Assembly (NCBI RefSeq): GCF_009914755.1
Contig: NC_060931.1
Strand: one strand, 5' to 3'
Length of the DNA stretch: 64,000 nt
From: the human T2T-CHM13v2.0 reference genome, Homo sapiens
The notes beneath the pieces were generated by a model. It searched no databases. It saw only the letters and a program-made list of their open reading frames with translations, and had not been told where the DNA came from. How positions within the stretch are numbered: position 1 is the stretch's first letter; each line of letters opens with the position of its first letter. Positions 59,796 through 64,000 of this stretch are shown here, in pieces. The translations under genes were made by a program, and so were the position numbers.

Positions 59796-60380
59796 AAAAC
59801 CTTCCTTGTTTTAAACTATATATTTCTTACTTAGCTTAATTACAGTAAATGCAGTGCTAAAAAGCCCAAACTTTGTGATTCTACCAGTGAAATAATATAA
59901 CCCTGCTATGGCTTTCACAGAAACACTTTACAATATCACCTATGTCATGTGGTAATAATGTAAAACATTGGATCAAATATTAAGGTCAGCTGCAAAACCC
60001 ACATACTTAGGCTATTTAACTTTGTGTTAATGACTGTTTCAAACTCTTACAATCATACACTTTTGGTTAAACAATCAGCCATGGCCCTTCCTTATGGTTT
60101 TATGAAGACATCCGAGACTTCTGGAAGAAAAGCATCTCATATTGCTTGTTAGGATGAGATGGTATGAGGAGGAGATGGTGTGAATGTGATTAATGGTAGA
60201 AATAGAATATAGGAGAAAGTATTTTTTGGCACAATCCCTGTGTTTCAGGTTGTTACTGGGAAACATTCTTACCCCTTCCATTTACATCCTTCACAGTGCA
60301 CCAGGACTCCAGCTCGTCACTCCATCCTCTACACTATGTGCAGTCTTCTAGTCCTTATTCAAAAAAAGTTGCCTCACCTA

Positions 60381-60769
<389 letters not shown>

Positions 60770-61089
60770 TAGATTTACTGGAAACTGATTATGCAGATTC
60801 ATCAAGTATCTAAATAGCTTTTTCTCTTTCAATCAGATTTTTAGACCGAGAGTTCAACCAGATATTCACTCAAACTTCAAAACTAAAAACAAAACAAAGA
60901 TAAAACAAACAAAACTCCAAATTTAATTATTTGCCTGCTGATACCTATAATAGTATGAGTATCATTTATGTTAAAAACAGAGGTATTTATGATCTTGAGA
61001 CTTAAAAAATTACAATTATATTTAATAACTACATTTCCCAAGTCAGAGAAGTACGTATTTCAGTTTTCCATGAAGTTTTAAAAATAAAA

Positions 61090-61255
61090 TGGTTATTGAA
61101 CTTCATCTTTGCTCAGTCTCCTCATCTGTAAAATAGAGACAAAACTAAGTAAATACCTCATATGATAGCTTGGAGAAATAAAATAATAATTGTAAAATGC
61201 TTAGAACAGTGCCTGGCAATAATAGTGCTTAATAACTCTTATGTTATTATCATTA
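61090..61255 (+). mobile_element. MIR
   Basis: ctcagtctcctcatctgtaaaatagag...gcttagaacagtgcctggca. Confidence 0.8.
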
Positions 61256-62399
61256 ATAACTTATAAATTTAACCAACCTGAATCTTTTCACACACTTTTA
61301 ACTATATTAAGTTCTTAATAGGACATTCTTATTAATCATGGATATGAACTAATCATCTCAGCAGTAAAGAATGCATATAGATGTAAAAAAGAATTCTAGC
61401 TATCTTAAAAATTGAAAAGCATCCAAAAATTAAAAAAAAGAAGAGGAATAAAACACCAGATTAATGAAGGAAATGGTGCTGTTGGAAACTCTGGTGGCTG
61501 TGCAATATATCTGTCCTGGGCATTGAGCCTGAGGGCATTTTTATGGTGTTTTTTTCCTTCACTTTTCTCTGAGCTCATGCCCACATGTAAATGCAAGCGA
61601 CAGTCCATTCTCCTCCCCATTAGTGTCTTTCCAGACTTGATAAGGATATTCATGCTGTTCCCTAGGGTTTAATAATTGCCAAAAGATGCATTAAATGATA
61701 ACATTGATTGTGAAGTACTTTAAGTCGATAAATTCTCTTGTTTAACAATTAATTTCATGTGCTTCCAAAAACTACTTGGCAAAGAACATATGGTACTTAA
61801 TATTTTACTGACATTTAAACAAGTCTAAATTTGCTAGTTTCATTAAACAGCTTTATAATAAAATTTGTTTAATTTATAAAACGTATGTTTGGCAATGAAT
61901 GTGCCATCTTACGTAATATAAGGGGTACATGGTTAGTAGGCTGCAGTCCAAATGTATTAGATATCTTTTTAATTGATGTTGGAGATATTTCTCCTCTTAA
62001 AGATCAAAATTTTAAGTGAGGGGATTTGGAGGTAAAAATAAATTGACAAATAAGCTAATTTCTATATGGTCTATTTAAAATGTAAATAATAAAATTGTCT
62101 CTTTCCCTTTATTAAAAAATATTCTCCAGATGGTTATATATATTACTACAGTTTTAAGTGTGAGGCCCCAGCTTAACAGACCCAGAACAAAACAACAAAA
62201 TACAATTTTTAATCCCTTTTTAAAAAGGAAAATTATTTTCTGTTTTGAATCATCAAACACATGTTTTCCTTTATCTTCATTAATAAATTATATCCTATGA
62301 TTTCTTCTGGTGTAAAGTTCTGTTATTCCTGTTTCTTCTAAAATATTGAATTTGGATGCAAATTTATTTTGTTCAGTGTTTAGTATGATTAATATAATT

Positions 62400-64000
62400 T
62401 AAAGTTGACATTCCAAATCAGTGGCAATAATTAATTACATTTTTTGAAAATGTAAGTTAGGTACAAAAATATACTTTATAATGCTCAAAAGTAAATGTAA
62501 AACAGGTAATAAAATAATTAGTTGAAAATTTAGAAGGATATTGATATAATGAGTAGGAAAGGTTTTGTCGAGCCCAATTCCAAAGGCAAAAGCATCAGTA
62601 AGAAATACTGATTATATAACACTACATACAAATGAAAAGCTTCTCTTTATCATGCACCATGAATGACCCCGGGAAAAATATTTGTCGGCAAAAGGGTAGC
62701 ATCTTTATTATATAAAGAATGAAACATATCTATAAATCAATTAAAAAGACAAAATCTCAAATAGAAGAATACACAAAAGACATGAAAGAATAATGTGAAA
62801 AGAAAAAATATTCAGCTTCACTAGTAATCTAGGAAATGAATATTTAAAGAAAAACAAAATGTATATTGTGGTTATCAGATGAGAAAGCTGAAAAAGAATA
62901 TTAATGTTTTAAAAATATGAAGAAATGGACATGCTTATATGCTTCCTCTCATAAGAAGCAATATTATTTAAAGAGTTATTTTGTAATAAATATCAATACC
63001 ATAAAATGTCCATTCCCCATGATGTGCTTATTTCACATTGCATGTCTGTATCAAAACATCTCATGTACCCCATAAATATATACACCTACTATGTGCCCAC
63101 AAAAATTTGAAACAAAAACTAACCCAAAATTGTCCAGAACAAGAATAACAATGTGGAGCTGTTCCAGACTAAAGGTGACTGAATAACAACAAATGTGATG
63201 TGAATCCTGAAATGGATTCTGGGGTGAGGAGGTGGGAGATGGCAGTGGGGACGTCTAAAGAACATTGACAGCACAGTTGGCTACACTGAAGTATGGAGTG
63301 TGCAACAGATAATAGCAGTATGCCCATGTTAATTCCCTGATTTTCATAATTGTGTTCACGTGGTCGTATAACACAGCATCTTTGCTTTGGGGAAAAACAC
63401 ACCAAATATTTATTCAGTGGCTAAGGGACAGATTTGTATCAACTTGCTCTCAAATGGTCGTGGGAAAGAGGGAGATGAAGAGAGAGATACAGATAGAGAT
63501 AGACAGATGGAAAAAGAGAGAGAGAGAAAGAAAGAGAGCAAGACAGAGAATTCAGAACACAAAGCAAATGGGGCACGGGGCAAAACTGACGTATCTAGGG
63601 AAAGGGAATGGAGGAGCTCCTTGCATGGTTCCTGCAACTTTTCTATAAGTTTGAAACTGTCAAAATTGAAAGTTAGCCAAAGCTATACATGTTTAAAAAG
63701 TATATATAGTAATTTCACTTTAGGAATTTCGCTGAAGAAAATAATCATGGATTTGCGACAAGGATATTTATTTATCATAGTGTTACTCATAGTAGCAACA
63801 AGTGGAAACTAATTCACTAGAAGTTTATATTTTATACCATGAAATTTAGTGTGGTCATTAAAACCCAGCTAGAGAAATGTTTATTGGCATTTGAAAATAC
63901 CTGTGAAATCATGCAAATTTAAAAACAGAAGACATTTTAAAAGTAAGTACAATAGGTTTTCTTTTAAAATGAACATTTATGGACATTAGTAGGCATATAA
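62400..64000 (+). mobile_element. Nested old L1s: L1ME-like ORF2 remnants, L1MA-like 3' tip (63017-63120), L1MC4/5-like 3' end (63140-63680)
   Basis: aaacatctcatgtaccccataaatatatacacctactatgt; gttccagactaaagg; cctgcaacttttctataagtttgaaa. Confidence 0.7.

Overview
Primate genomic DNA, most likely human or great ape, judged by an L1PA2/3-type L1, AluS/AluJ, THE1, MST and MADE1. It is very AT-rich and looks intergenic or deep-intronic. I found no host protein-coding gene, rRNA, tRNA or CRISPR array. The only recognisable protein sequence is L1 ORF2 (reverse transcriptase and C-terminal) from 5'-truncated L1 copies; other ORF-track entries are repeat-derived or chance ORFs. Much of the window is layered transposon debris: five L1PA insertions with readable target-site duplications (TSDs), about eight Alus, a two-LTR THE1 provirus, MST/MLT LTRs, hAT and Tc1/mariner MITEs, and old L1M/L2/MIR. 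The most interesting signals are insertion and repair architectures. These are an L1 3' transduction (1684-1761), an L1 5' junction with a perfect 32-bp inverted copy of its own target site (19068-19145), and an Alu / other-repeat / Alu patchwork at 20620-21011 whose core recurs at 47356-47590. Two coincidences shared between L1 copies and an unexplained ~55-bp direct repeat also deserve a check. Subfamily names come from recalled consensus sequences, not a database search, and old-repeat boundaries are approximate. I cannot support a new biological system from this sequence.
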